A stretch of 56,923 nucleotides of DNA, counting the filler, from Sphacelaria rigidula (lineage: Eukaryota): NCBI GenBank assembly GCA_964200075.2. It is 6 parts of 6 records of this genome, joined end to end, with 100 filler letters (N's around TTAATTAATTAA, not from the genome) between each part and the next. Parts side by side here need not be neighbours in the genome. Positions count along the whole stretch, not along the records: positions 9,506 to 18,909 come from CAXNAA020008580.1; positions 19,010 to 28,413 come from CAXNAA020008581.1; 4 more parts are not named here. One strand, written 5' to 3'. Of this stretch, positions 12,530-24,475 are shown piece after piece. The notes beneath the pieces are model-generated. The model did no database searches and was not told where the DNA came from. It saw only the letters and a list, made by a program, of their open reading frames with translations. A program made the translations under genes and the position numbers. The number at the start of each line of letters is the position of its first letter. The stretch's first letter is position 1.

Positions 12530-12855
12530 TACCCAGCAGTCGCGGACAAGGCTGAATCATACAACGATGTTGCAACTCAAGTGATGAGAGCGCACGGGTC
12601 GATCGGAGAGGCTGAGACTTGTGTGAATGTACCGCGCACCCCAAACATCTCACCGAGTACCGAGTTGTAGCTGTAGCGCACGATTTCTGCATGCGTGCTA
12701 TCCCTAAAAGTCGCTACCTGGTGAGAAGTTTAAGATAAAGTACATGCTACGTGCATCGCCAAGCTCAGCCTCTTCAATCGGTCCGTGCGATCTCATCACT
12801 TGAGCTGCAACGCCGTTGCATGGTCCAGCCTTATTCACGACTGCTACAGTAGGTA
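12530..12855. repeat. Degenerate inverted repeat (arms ~140 bp, ~35-bp spacer)
   Basis: 12535-12670 aligns with the reverse complement of 12705-12846. The shadow ORFs read VATQVMRAHGSIGEAE (+) and VAAQVMRSHGPIEEAE (-). Confidence 0.85.
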
Positions 12856-13817
12856 GATCCGAGTGGAGAGTTGCCGTCATTTTGGCCATACGTCTTCCTG
12901 TTAGTGGTGGATATCGAACCCACTCAAAACTTCGATACGATAGCAAACTTTTCAGCGTTCGATAGCAATATGTTTCGATACATCTCGGCAAAGTCAACGT
13001 GCGAGCTCCAAACGGTTCCCCCCGGCTGGCGTGGGAGGAGCTCGGGAGGCGCCGCCGAAGGTAAGAAAGCGGGACTATTTTGCTTTATTTCCCATGAAAA
13101 AAGGGAACGGCCATTATACATATATATGGCAATGAATGGAGGTCGAAATTGTTCAGAATAAGCACAGGGTTTTAAAATTTGCTGTCTTTCGTAAGCGAGC
13201 GAGGCCACACATCACGGGCGGAGAATTCATTTGCAATATTCCCCGGAAGAATTCGATGCCCGCATACTGACGTTCCCGAGACTCATCCTACAAAAAACAT
13301 CAGCAATTTGTGAAATCCCGTGTTATCACAGGAATAAACGAGCACGTGCATTTTGAGCACACAACAGGAGTCATAAGCTGTGCCTGCATATATTTTCAGC
13401 AGGGTGACACAATAGGTCAATAGAGGGCATGAAGGCACCCCAAGCACCTCCGCAGTGAATTAAATACGCGATTATTGTGCCCATAATCTTGGCATTTCAC
13501 TCGAAATAGACTATTTTGAACATACGCCACTACTACCGTACGCAAACCCGGAGACATCACAGAAATGAATTAGCGCCCGAAAAAAGAGCCGGCATGAAGA
13601 GGAAAAGTCGAAGGGTGGGAAAAGAAAAGAGGCACAATCAGTTTGCACATATTAACGAGAAGAGATGTGAGAATTTATCCCAATAGTAGCATGACCGACG
13701 AGCAGAAGAGCCCCCTTGAAGCATATATATGCTTGTCCAAAGTTGGGAGCAGAAAACGCCAAACGAAAAACAGAATGAGTTAGAGTCTAAGAATCACACC
13801 TCATCACCGGCGATTAA

Positions 13818-13915
13818 CCGTTAAACCGCGAGATTAGTCTTGCTGGATCATGCATACTTTGTTTCACCTGAAATTGATGCCAATTCAACAGAAGACTAAC
13901 CTCGCGGTCAAGGGG
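13818..13915. mobile_element. 98-bp TTAA-flanked piggyBac-like MITE
   Basis: TTAA at 13814-13817 and 13916-13919. TIRs CCGTTAAACCGCGAGATTAGTCTT / revcomp CCCCTTGACCGCGAGGTTAGTCTT. A related copy lies at ~56481-56572. Confidence 0.75.
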
Positions 13916-13919
13916 TTAA

Positions 13920-14362
13920 TGCGGGATCTTACAAATTGGAGATTAATCTTTTTTGGGGATGAGAAACCCGGAGAATTGGAATCTTTGCATCCGCACCAAA
14001 TCTTCGAAATATTGTTCTATTTTCTCACCTACTGATAGCTATTGACAACAACTGCTACACGCCATAAAAATTTGGATCTCGATAACCGAAATGTTGGGGT
14101 CCTTGGTGAAAAAACAACTTTGGGGAATTTGGGGTGTCCGAACGGACCCCAAAATAGTCCCGACATTGGTTTTTCATCTAGGATCGCAACATTCCGGTGA
14201 TCAAAATCCAAATTGATCTGGAGTGTAGCAGTTGTCAATAGTTATCAGTAGGTGAAAAAATGGAACCATATTCCGAAGATTTTGTGTAGATACGAAGATT
14301 TTAATTCTCCGGGTTTCTCATCCCCAATAAAAGATCCATCCCCAAGTTGTAAGATCCTGCCT
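13920..14362. mobile_element. Palindromic (foldback) non-autonomous element, ~200-bp arms, possibly Kolobok-like
   Basis: GGGGATGAGAAACCCGGAGAATT and TCACCTACTGATA.CTATTGACAAC are mirrored at 14230-14325. Flanked by TTAA on the left and …CCT-TTAT on the right. Confidence 0.75.
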
Positions 14363-14793
14363 TTATTATACGTAGAATATTTCCTCGCTATGCGTGTATC
14401 CAGGTGAGAAGACATCACTAATTTATGGTATCGTAGGTGGCGTATGTATCGCATCATATCGTATCAAACTTATAGAGGTACAATATCTCACTCTCAAGGT
14501 TCCCGGTATGCTCAACCGCAATTTACAGTCGACTGTGCCGGGAACCTCGAGTTTGAGACACCTCCACAGTACAGTATTGTAGTAGAGGATTCTTATGTCA
14601 AACCCAAGACCCAACGATGTTTTCGTGAGATGAGTACTGTTGAGAGTGAAAAGTGGTAAGATAGTAAGATAGTGAATTAATCGTTTCAGTTCCGAAATGC
14701 CCCTCCACGAGGCCCGACATGCATTTTTCTACACACCCGAATTTGAGTCGTTGTGCCCTACAGAACACAACCTTGGAGAACACGGACTGTACC

Positions 14794-15020
14794 TGTAATG
14801 CGTGGGAGGACCGCGTGCTTAGAGGACCGCATCATAGTTCAAAACGCCTCAGGATCGACGCTTTTCAAAACCAATCGGGCCAGTCCCCCTGCAGGGACCA
14901 CGCCCTTGACCCTGACCCGAACACTTACCCGAACACTTACCCTAACCCTTACTCTAACCATGAGGATGTTTGGATTCCGATGCCGTCCCCGAAGCACACG
15001 CGGTCCTCCCACGCATCACA
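14794..15020. mobile_element. MITE with ~55-bp TIRs and internal telomere-like hexamers
   Basis: TGTAATGCGTGGGAGGACCGCGTG … CACGCGGTCCTCCCACGCATCACA. The interior 14903-14960 is cccttgaccctgacccgaacacttacccgaacacttaccctaacccttactctaacc (CCCTAA-like). Confidence 0.8.
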
Positions 15021-16566
15021 CCCCTCGCAAGTACCTGATGAAGTATATACCGACCCACTCACATGAAAGCACTTCACAACAAGAAGGTGAGCCTGACACT
15101 CGGAGGGGGGGAAAGTGTTCAGCCCCAGCGACAAGCAGCGCTACACAAGGTCAAAACAACAGTTCAACAGTTGGCTATGTTCAATCCTTTTTTCTTCAGA
15201 ATCAGAAAAAAAGCCAACTCGAACCTGATCCACTGCAGGCCATGATCAACCTTCACCAGAAATAGTACGAAGTCAACCTGGACCTGATTTCTGGTTTCTC
15301 ATGAGATCCCGGTATGGCACACACCGTATATAGACTGAATACTGGTTGTGGGAGGAAGTAATACCATTGCACTGCGAGTACAATATTGATAAGTAAATCA
15401 TCATGTGTTGCTGACTGTACGTGAAATAATGCGCCCCCACGCCGCCCACCAAACCGCATCAAAAATTTCTATACCATAGTTACACCACCAGTGTTTATCG
15501 TCAGCAATGCGCCTGATTATAGTGTCGGGGGAGTGAGGTGGATTTTGAGTTTGTCCGTAGTGTACAGTACTGACACTCCAGGCACCAGAACTCATTTCAG
15601 AAGATAGTATCTTACAGTATTTGCACCGTCAATGATCACATATTGTACATGTTGAAACTTCAATATCATGATCGCGTTGGTATTCTACAACACAGAAAAA
15701 GTGCAGTTACAACAGTAACTGTCTACAGACGGACGGTGCAGACACGACAACAGTAGCAGCAGGCCGTACAGACCACATCCGACCGCGCGCTACAAAAATG
15801 ATGTATGTTACTGTTATACCACATTTCGCCGCGGGTCTCCTTTCCATACATTGACCCCTCCCTGCGCTCTAGCAGCACGCGTCAAAGGTTATGGCAAAAA
15901 GGTCTTTACCATAACCTTCGGCACACGTAGAGGGGTACCACTACGGTCAGGTAATTTGTCTTTGGGGCTGAGCCTTCAGCATGATCACGTAGGTGCAGTA
16001 CATATCTCAGTCCAATCACGTCTGCGCAACAAAACACACCGCCTGGCGACTGCACGCTACACTCTTGAAATACAAAATACCACATCCTGTCGCGCTTCTC
16101 CTTCCCATACCCCTTGACAAGAATAAAATACTTGACTGCTTGCTATGCTGTAGCGGCACATGAAGAGAGCTACCATTACAGTCAGAGCATTCGTATTTGA
16201 GGTTGCGCTAACTAGTTCGTGGGCGATTTATTGACCAGGGTGGGTAAGTTGTCCTTTGTTGTCTCGCTCTCAAGTCGAATTTCACCCGATTCAACACATC
16301 CCATCGCATGGTGTGTGGGGCATAGATTTTGTTGCCCGTGGACCCATACCACACGCGGCGGCGAAATAGGCATTTCTTCCCAGAAACTATAGAATATATT
16401 GCAGTAATAATGACAACAGTCAGCTCTTCAGGCAAACCTCAAGGAGAGACAACAGTGAGCGGAGGAGTCTGGAGTAAAACAACAAGAAGAAGAGCAGAGC
16501 AGGACATCGACATAAACTACATAGACGCGAGTACAACGTCGTAGCGGCTATAATAATAAGACTCAC

Positions 16567-16797
16567 GGCAGTGGTACCCTCTGGCAAGCACGACGATGAT
16601 GACAGTGGCCGGATCCCCCCGCAGGCCCAGTTGCATTTTCGGACCGAAAGCTTGTCCGTGACATCAACTAGCTGTGCGCGACTTGCGTCGCCAGATCTTG
16701 GTGTCGGTGCTGTCGCGCAGCAGCTCAACATCGACACCACGCCAATAACGTATAGAGCCGTACGGCAGTCCATCACAGCATAATATCCGGTCGCCAT
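16567..16797 (-). CDS. Possible first coding exon of an unknown secreted or membrane protein
   Basis: ATG at 16797, GC-rich, hydrophobic stretch ALYVIGVVSMLSCCATA, ends at a GTGAGT donor (16561-16566). No recognisable domain, and no downstream exon could be joined. Confidence 0.3.
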
Positions 16798-17703
16798 CGC
16801 ACACGCAGCAGCCGGTAACGCCGCGCTGCCTCTCTCTGCAGATGTTTTATTTTTAGGATTCTCCCAGGTTCTCCCCTGATTTGAAACGCGGGTGTGATCG
16901 TTGGACTTGTGAAAGAAAAATGCCCCGGACCCTACCACCCCCCCCCACCTCGCTGGCGGACCGAAAAAACTAACCTAGGTGGCCTTTTTTCTCGGCAACT
17001 TGACGGCTGTTTTTTTTGTTGGCTCTTGTTTTTCGTGACAAGATTGCCATCACACGTCTCAAACACTTTGCGTCGCCCCAATGAGAGGAGTCCAGCCCGC
17101 CACGTTTCAGATTCGCTTGGCTTCGAAGTTTCGAGAACGGCCTCTGGACAAAAACATGTCTGGAAAATAAATGTGGTCGTTCGAGACGTCAATGGGCCCT
17201 TTTTCTCGTACAATCGGACACCCTCTCCTTATCGTAGCATGACTCATCCACATCCATGGAATCGGTCCATCAAGTAAGTCAGTGCCACCAACAATACCAC
17301 ACAACACCATTAAAAAAATACCGAACAAAAACTATTGAGCAATAATTGTTGTTTTCTGTGGACTCTGGGCCTCAAATACCTGAACTGACTGGCCCCGAAC
17401 AGCACACTTCCCCAGGAATTCGACACCTTCATCAACACCAAGTGACTTGGTCAACGTGGACTCGGTTCAACAAGTAGTGAACTGCCTCATCTGGTATAAC
17501 ACATCAAGTAACTTGATCCGCCTCTATACTCAATTGAACCAACCTGCGTCAATCAGCTACTACTGTATCCTGAAACCAAGTGACATAGTTCACTCGTACT
17601 CAGCTCAAGGAACTCGCCTCGGCTCAAGTAACTCGCCTCAGCTAGTCTGAAAAAAAGTGACTCGGTTCACCTCTACTTTTACAAGGTAACTTGCCTCGCG
17701 TCT

Positions 17704-17963
17704 GAGCAATGCTACGGTAGGGGTGCACTTTTTTCGCGAAATTATGTCTAGTTCAGGGGCTCCTCACGATTCAAGATGCAAACAAATATGGGTCAGGACA
17801 TCCCCCTTTGCAAAATCATTCGGGATATCCCCAGCACATTGGAGTAGTAATCCTGGCGTACTCTCACATATTTTCATAGGTCGCATTTTGCATGAGATAA
17901 TAAAGGGCTCCTGACAATTCAAACCTCAGGAAATATTTGTGCACCCCTATCGTAGCATCACTC
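17704..17963. mobile_element. 260-bp GAG...CTC MITE (Sola2-like) with 4-bp TSD GTCT
   Basis: TIR GAGCAATGCTACGGTAGGGGTGCAC / GTGCACCCCTATCGTAGCATCACTC. GTCT at 17700-17703 and 17964-17967. Confidence 0.88.
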
Positions 17964-18199
17964 GTCTACGAGCTGGGCCAGCAGTAGACCCCGCATTCGC
18001 ATGTCACACAATAACCTACTATCAAGTTTACCAAATCAGCCCGACTTGAGTATATATCGGTGTGATGACCTGCACACCAACAACGTGGTAACGCAAGGGA
18101 CCGCCGCTGAAGGAAAAAAGAAACGAAAAAAATGTACTGCACCCATGATGTGTCTGCTCCCTCTGACCGGTAAAATAAGCAAGGTTTGAATTTCCGGTA

Positions 18200-18561
18200 C
18201 ACACGCGGCCATTCGGCTACCCCCAAAAATACTCTGTTCCGGTCAACTATTCGAGCCTCCAGAGGAAAACCACGCCTGAAGAGGCTTGTTTTGCCTCTGG
18301 AGGGCCGCGCACCCTCTGGAGGAACTTGGAGGATGCGCAGCCCTCCAGAGCACCACATTTTTTGCTACTCCCGAGGGATTCAGACCTCAGAAGTCACTGG
18401 AGCATCATCAGATGTCCTCCAGAGGATTCGTTTCATGGCTGGAACTGAGTATGAAATGCCCTCTAGAGGACATATTTTCCCTCCGGAGGGTCACTTCACC
18501 CTCGAGAGGATGAAAATCGCGATATAGGATGTTTATGGGGGTAGCCGAATGGCTGCGTGTG
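18200..18561. mobile_element. 362-bp MITE with CAC...GTG ends, TA flanks and internal CCTCNNGAGG palindromes
   Basis: TIR CACACGCGGCCATTCGGCTACCCCCA / TGGGGGTAGCCGAATGGCTGCGTGTG. TA on both sides. About 9 internal CCTC(TG/CA/CG)GAGG motifs. Confidence 0.85.
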
Positions 18562-18834
18562 TATTGTAAGCAATGCTTGTGTGATATTGACAGAAACGTG
18601 TCATTTGGGCACGGTGGACGTCGGACAACTTTGGCATACGATCAGATATCACGTTGGAGAGACAAAAACAATCCTCTCGATGAGGGGGGGATGGTGCGTT
18701 ACCATCCCCTGATCGGGGAAATGACGGAAATCTCGACCGTGCCGCAGAACCCCGCCCTTGCTGCCGGCGAGAAGATGGCGAGTCAGCTGTTCTCTCTCCG
18801 AAACGTTGAATTCTTGCGTTTCTGCCCCTGAGAG

Positions 18835-18909
18835 GAGCAATGCTACGGGAAAGGTGCACTTTTTTCGCAAACTGTTGTCTGGTTCAGGGGCTCCTAACGA
18901 TTCTAGACG
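18835..18909. mobile_element. Left end of another GAG...CTC MITE copy, truncated by the contig end
   Basis: GAGCAATGCTACGGGAAAGGTGCACTTTTTTCGCAAACTGTTGTCTGGTTCAGGGGCTCC aligns with 17704-17765. Confidence 0.85.
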
Positions 18910-19009
18910 NNNNNNNNNNNNNNNNNNNNNNNNNNNNNNNNNNNNNNNNNNNNTTAATTAATTAANNNNNNNNNNNNNNNNNNNNNNNNNNNNNNNNNNN
19001 NNNNNNNNN
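18910..19009. other. Artificial contig spacer
   Basis: 44N-TTAATTAATTAA-44N. Confidence 0.98.
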
Positions 19010-22000
19010 GGAAAATACACGTCGATCTCGTCTCGTATTTTTTCAAAAATAACAAGCCAGGAACGCCCATCTCGTGAAATGTCCTCCGTCTCGTATTTTT
19101 CCCCCGAGAATCTTGTGAAATAACCAACCGTAAGTAGCCAGCCATCTTGTTATTTTCACTCGTTATTTGCAAATAACGAGAGGAAATAACCAACCGGAAG
19201 AAACGGCCTTAGAAAAGAAATGATATATACGAGGCATACTCCAAAATACAAGTAAAGGTAGGAAATATGTCCATTCACCTCAGGTTCACTACTGAAACCG
19301 GTTGTGACTATGCGACTCGAAGCATCCCCTTTCTCCCCTCCCCCCTGGAAACAGTGCGTTACCATCCAACATCTTGTATTGTAATGTCACTCTGAGCGCC
19401 ATATTATTTCTTCAACGGAACCCCAAGGTCATCATAAAAACTTGCAGTCATCAGGTGACATGCTGTAGGCTCATTATCCCCTTATGGCGAGCCAGCAAGC
19501 GTAGGGTTCCATGTTTGAAACACCGTAAATTGTGGACAAGCTGATTTCACTTCTTCTTGGGATGATCCCTTGGTGGTGAGGCGGCCCTGACTTGAAAGAC
19601 ACCTGTAAAAGGTATCCGAAGAGCGTTTTGATTCGTCAGTTCTCAGGTGAGTCACGATTCTGTCATGTTTGCTGTTTTTTCATTTTTGTCGGTAACGATT
19701 GTCCACAAGCTTCCCATTTTCGTGGTTGATACCTGTTGCATGTCCCCCCCCCCCCCCCCCCCCCCCGCCCTCCGCTGGGGGGGGGGGGCGACGGGGACAC
19801 GCCAGTGCGGCGGCCGAACAGAAAACCCCCNNNNNNNNNNTTTCTTTCCCCCCCCCCCCCCCCCCTGCCCCGTCTCGGAAGGGATGCGTGGTCAATAGTC
19901 AAACGACTGTGGCGAGCAGTAAATGAATCCCCCCCCCCTGCCCGCTCTTTTCTCGGCATTCACGTTGTGATCTCACGACAGACGTCACGAGGCCGACCAG
20001 AGGGTATCGTACCGGCGAGCGATCGCGGGCTAGAAGGGCGGAAACGCCTCAAGGTAAGAGACGCGGGTGACTACACCACGGGATAAGGCGGGGTGACTGC
20101 TATCGGCGGTGGGCTTGAAGCTGTGCGTGAAGTCGGAGAACGCTCTTGTGCACTTGCAGTGGACGAGCGCAGCGCCCCGGCAGTGGTCAGTGTCAGCATT
20201 TGCAGTGCGTCTCGCCCGACGTCTCTGTCTCTCGAATATATTTCGTCCAAAGCACCTGTACCTCAATTGTATCTATCCCATGCCCGTTCCCGTTTTTCCT
20301 CTATGGGTGTGTGGGGGGTGTTACGCTGTCGCTCTGTGGTGTCTTCGCTAGATGGAAGTTCCACAGGAGGCTCCGATCCTTTCTGAGTAGGGACCGGAAG
20401 GGCGGGGCTTCGTTGGGATCGCGCGGGTGGGGCACAGCTGAGAGGACGGGGGAGGGTGTGTGTGTGGGGAGGAGTTGTTGATTCCACCGGGTGTTGAGAG
20501 TCAGGGCCGGGTCGTGGGATGGGGAAGGACCGTGATGGGATGTCTCCCATATCTTCTTCTAAAGAAGGGGCTAGCTTATGCCCGCAGGAGAAATGAGGGA
20601 GAGATGAGGCGCCGATTTTGTTGTGTTTCAGCAGTCCAAGGTAAGGCAGGCCGTGCGTGGGTGGGTGGATACTGGTTGGTTAGATTGCTCCTTTCATCAG
20701 CATGTGCAAGTCACAGCAATCAAGTATGTTGATCGGTGGTGGTCGTTTTCCTGCGTTCGCTCCTCGTGTGATACGATGTCTTGCCACCCCTTCTGTGTTT
20801 TTGTCTTACTGTCGACAGACATGTGAGTACGTACGTCGTCAGAGGTCCGGCTGGTTTTGGAATCGAGAATTCGCTGAAGCGGAACCCCGGAATCTTCTTG
20901 TATTAAACTAACGTGAGCTCCACTGCGGTGTAAACCCACCCTCTGGGCTCAGACCGTTAGAAATATGAAGTTAAAGGGCGTTCTCATTGTCCATTTCACC
21001 CCCGTGGTCGTGGTGATACATATCCCGTTGCGATGTTTGTTTCTTCTGCGCAGCCCTCCCCCCACACGTGCACTATTTCACAGGGACGCCGAAGAGATGT
21101 CCCATGCTATGTTCTATAGGTTGCACCCTGTCCGTTTCGACGAAAAACTAGTATCGTTGTTGAGGGCTCTAGTTTCGTAGCGTAGCGTCCCGTCTCAATC
21201 TCGGCTTTTGGATTTATATGGACGAATCAAGAAATAGTACAGGTGTACAGGGTTTGACGGATGCATCACTGTTGAGTGACCATGACAGCACGGGGTGGTT
21301 TGGGAGGGTGGAGAGGAGACGGGCTGGGAAGCCGTTTGCTGCTCTTGTTTTGTGGTTGTTGTCTTGCCTGTTCTTCCAATGGGCAAAACCCACCTGCGCG
21401 GTGCCGTGTAGAGCTGGATAGATACGTGTATATGTTTCGGAGAAAAGGTCAACAGAACGCAATTACACGTGAACAATGTGGTGCCTATGATCTTGTCGGC
21501 AGGCCTGACCTGGCGTGTTACGTTGGGTGCTGCTTTCTCGGTTATTTTTTGCGACTGTCTTTGTGGCCTAGACCTACCTACCGTGGACGAAGCACGTTTT
21601 TTCCCTGAGAGATGTGCGGGTAGGGGGGGGGGGGGGAAGGGTGCAGGGGCGCCTGTTCCGTCCCACAAGTATTACGAGGGGGGTGTCTATTGCAACCAGA
21701 TTAGGTTGGGTTGAAAACGCCGTTTGGTGAGTATGGCGCGTTTTTGCTCGAGGTGTGCTGTCGGGGTATGATCGCACTACCTATTCTTGAGTTGATTCGG
21801 GCTGAGCTGCCGCAGCAGTTCGCTGTCGCTATGTTGATTTGTCTGTTTTTTTCGCTTGTGCTTTTGCTGGTTTCGTGGCGTGCGTGCCTGTCGTATTGTG
21901 TGTCGTTGTACGCGAGAGCTATACGTGAGGGGTGGCGAGGAAGGGCTGTATGGACGGGTTTACTTCTGTAGAAGTTTGTACCTTCGTCGAGGTTGCGCTT

Positions 22001-22887
22001 CGTCTGAGAGCAGCATGAGAACGCAATTACGCTTTCGCTTTATTATTTGCGCTAGATAGGGAGTCGTGATCGACCGCAGTACGTCGAGTGATTGGTCAAA
22101 TAACGAGTTTTGATGTGACCACTTCATCTAGCTGGAGAGTGGCCCCTTCATGGCGAGTCAATCATATCGCACATTCCCGATTTTCGCTCGCGGAGGAATG
22201 CTGTGTCTGCTCCGTTTCAGGATCAATCCTGTCAACACCGGAAGGTGACACGGGAGAAGAATATGCTCCCTGTCCTTCAGTTCTGTACGGTTGGGTTGTT
22301 GTAGATATTCGGGATGATATTCGATTTCAAAAGAGACGTGTGCGCTGTGTTCACCTGGAATATTACGCAGCGCAGATTTTTGGTTTGAAGAAGTTCTTCA
22401 AAGTATTGTGTTCTAAAACATTTCCCCCACAAAAGGATGATGAGCAGTGTTTCATGTTTGAGTGGCCGTGCTGCAGCATAAAGCCGCACACACCTTTGTC
22501 ACAGTTCCACTGTGACCCCTCTCCAGCAGCCCTACGCATCGACGGCAAATGAACGTCAGACCCGCGCACACAGCACGGGTACAGCCCCTGAAATCCCACC
22601 GCAGCCCCCTGCAATCCGGCGTCCTTGCCATAAGACGCCCTTGCGCAAAGGACTACGAGTTGACCGAGGACCGCCGGACCGCGCTTGCGCTACGTTACGC
22701 ATTGTCTCTCCCTTCGGATCGCCATAGGCTAGCCGGTAGTGTTGCGCGTGAAATGGCTTGAGAGTGTGGGGGGATGCCGTTTCAAAGGCGGCTGTTTGAG
22801 ACCATGGTTGTGGCGTCATGTGACACAAAACGACTCTTACTCAAGATCAGTCTCCACTGGGAGACAAGTGTACAGAATGTTAAGTAT

Positions 22888-22985
22888 CTGGTGCCATCCC
22901 ATCTATTCTGGACGCCAGTCTACACCTTTCGGTGTATGTGGGCCATTCAGGCTCACACAGGAGGGAGGCCAACACAGTTTTTTTT
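22888..22985 (-). repeat. Dispersed short retroposon-like repeat (family with (CA)n tail), copy 1
   Basis: TCCCATCTATTCTGGACGCC.GTCTACACCTTTCGGT.TATGTGGG is shared with ~24050-24125, ~46632-46730 and ~52956-53062. Confidence 0.7.
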
Positions 22986-24049
22986 TCTATTTATTTTTTA
23001 GTAGTTCTCCACCTTCCTCCTGTGGTGTGCTTGCCTTATATTTTATCCCAAGGGTTTGGCAATGTTTTCGTGACATCGAGAGTAGATGATACGATTGAGA
23101 GTCAGAAGCGATCAATTAATGAATGAAGAGTTTCGGTTCCGTAATGTCCCTACACGAGGCCCAATACCCTTTCTGTAGTAGCTTGCCACTGAAGCCTCCA
23201 ATATCCCTGAGTAGGATATCGACGTGTAGCCGTGAGCACACGCCAGCGTTACAAGCAATGAAAACCACACACACAATGAGAGACTGGTCATGTGGAAGCG
23301 AATAATGAAACCCACTCTCCATCAACGCTCTACTCTCAATCTCACGAAGACATTGTTCTCAGCGGTTCCTTTCCCTCGTCGACTGTGAAGCCGAATTTCA
23401 ATTTTACGAAGTGAATTTTTGGTTTCTGCTGCGGGTAAAGAGTCGACTGACTGCTTTTTTGCGACTCCATTTTTGCGACATTCTTTTTGCTAGATTTTTC
23501 CAATCTGAAACCTCTATTGATTTCGTGTTTTTGGAGAAAACTTTTGTCAAATGGACACAAAACGTATCCTGCTCCAAGGGGCACCTGGACACACGGCTGC
23601 CTACGTAGTATCATCCCCCAAGCCCAGCGTGCAGCAGCTTGATGCGACGACTCCGTTCTGCCACGAACCCGTCCGCATGTACCCAACAAGGGGGCAACAT
23701 CCCCGTAGACAGTAGCAATGCTAGCGGATCCCACGTCCTGACAGTCTGGCAGCCGGCAAAGTGGTTGTGGTCGTGTCCTCCTAGCGATATCAACTTCTAG
23801 TGCACTGGAGGAGAGTTTGCAGGTGAATATTTCGGCGATTGCCTCACCTGCAGTTCGCCCAGATGGTGCGGATTTGTTTCACGATATCACTAAGTAACAT
23901 TACATACATGTACCAAAACCTCCATTACATAATAAGCGGAGATGTATCAGACTCTGCATTTGATGTGAAAATGAACCTAGCCGTAAACAAATACTTCTGC
24001 AACAGTCAGTGCGAACACGACGTTGAAAGTGTACTGCGCACAGTTTGTT

Positions 24050-24125
24050 GTATGTGTTGTCCCATCTATTATTCATGACGCCGGTCTCCACCTTTCGGTA
24101 AACTGTTTGTGGGCGCACCAGCCGC
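24050..24125 (-). repeat. Dispersed short retroposon-like repeat, copy 2
   Basis: tgtgttgtcccatctatt…gacgccggtctccacctttcggta. Confidence 0.6.
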
Positions 24126-24475
24126 GGCTGCGTTACCATACAGCTTCGCCCGAGATACAGGCAGCCACTACAGCGACCGAGGCGGCCTTTCACTCCTGCG
24201 TGCGCCACCTGGGACGAACGCACGCTGTTGTAGCTGCAACATGAACAGCTTTTTCAATTTTCCAATTGGTTGTTGTCTCAGGCCATTTCAGATCCGGCAC
24301 TGGATTTCTGTGGCTGAAAAGTGTTCGGTTTTTCTCGGAATGTATTCTCAGAACCAATCAGAAATTTTCAAGAACCAATCATAATTTTTCATGAACTAAT
24401 CAGAACTTTTCAAAAATCTGCCCAAAACGTGACCCCTCCCACATCCTTTATTAATCCCTATGGGTGATTTTATTT

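Noticed and set aside
17436-18520. CRISPR-like repeat-spacer arrays (AAGTRACTYG cluster; CCTCNNGAGG cluster)
   Set aside because: Repeats are too short and degenerate, spacing is irregular, the context is eukaryotic, and there are no cas genes.
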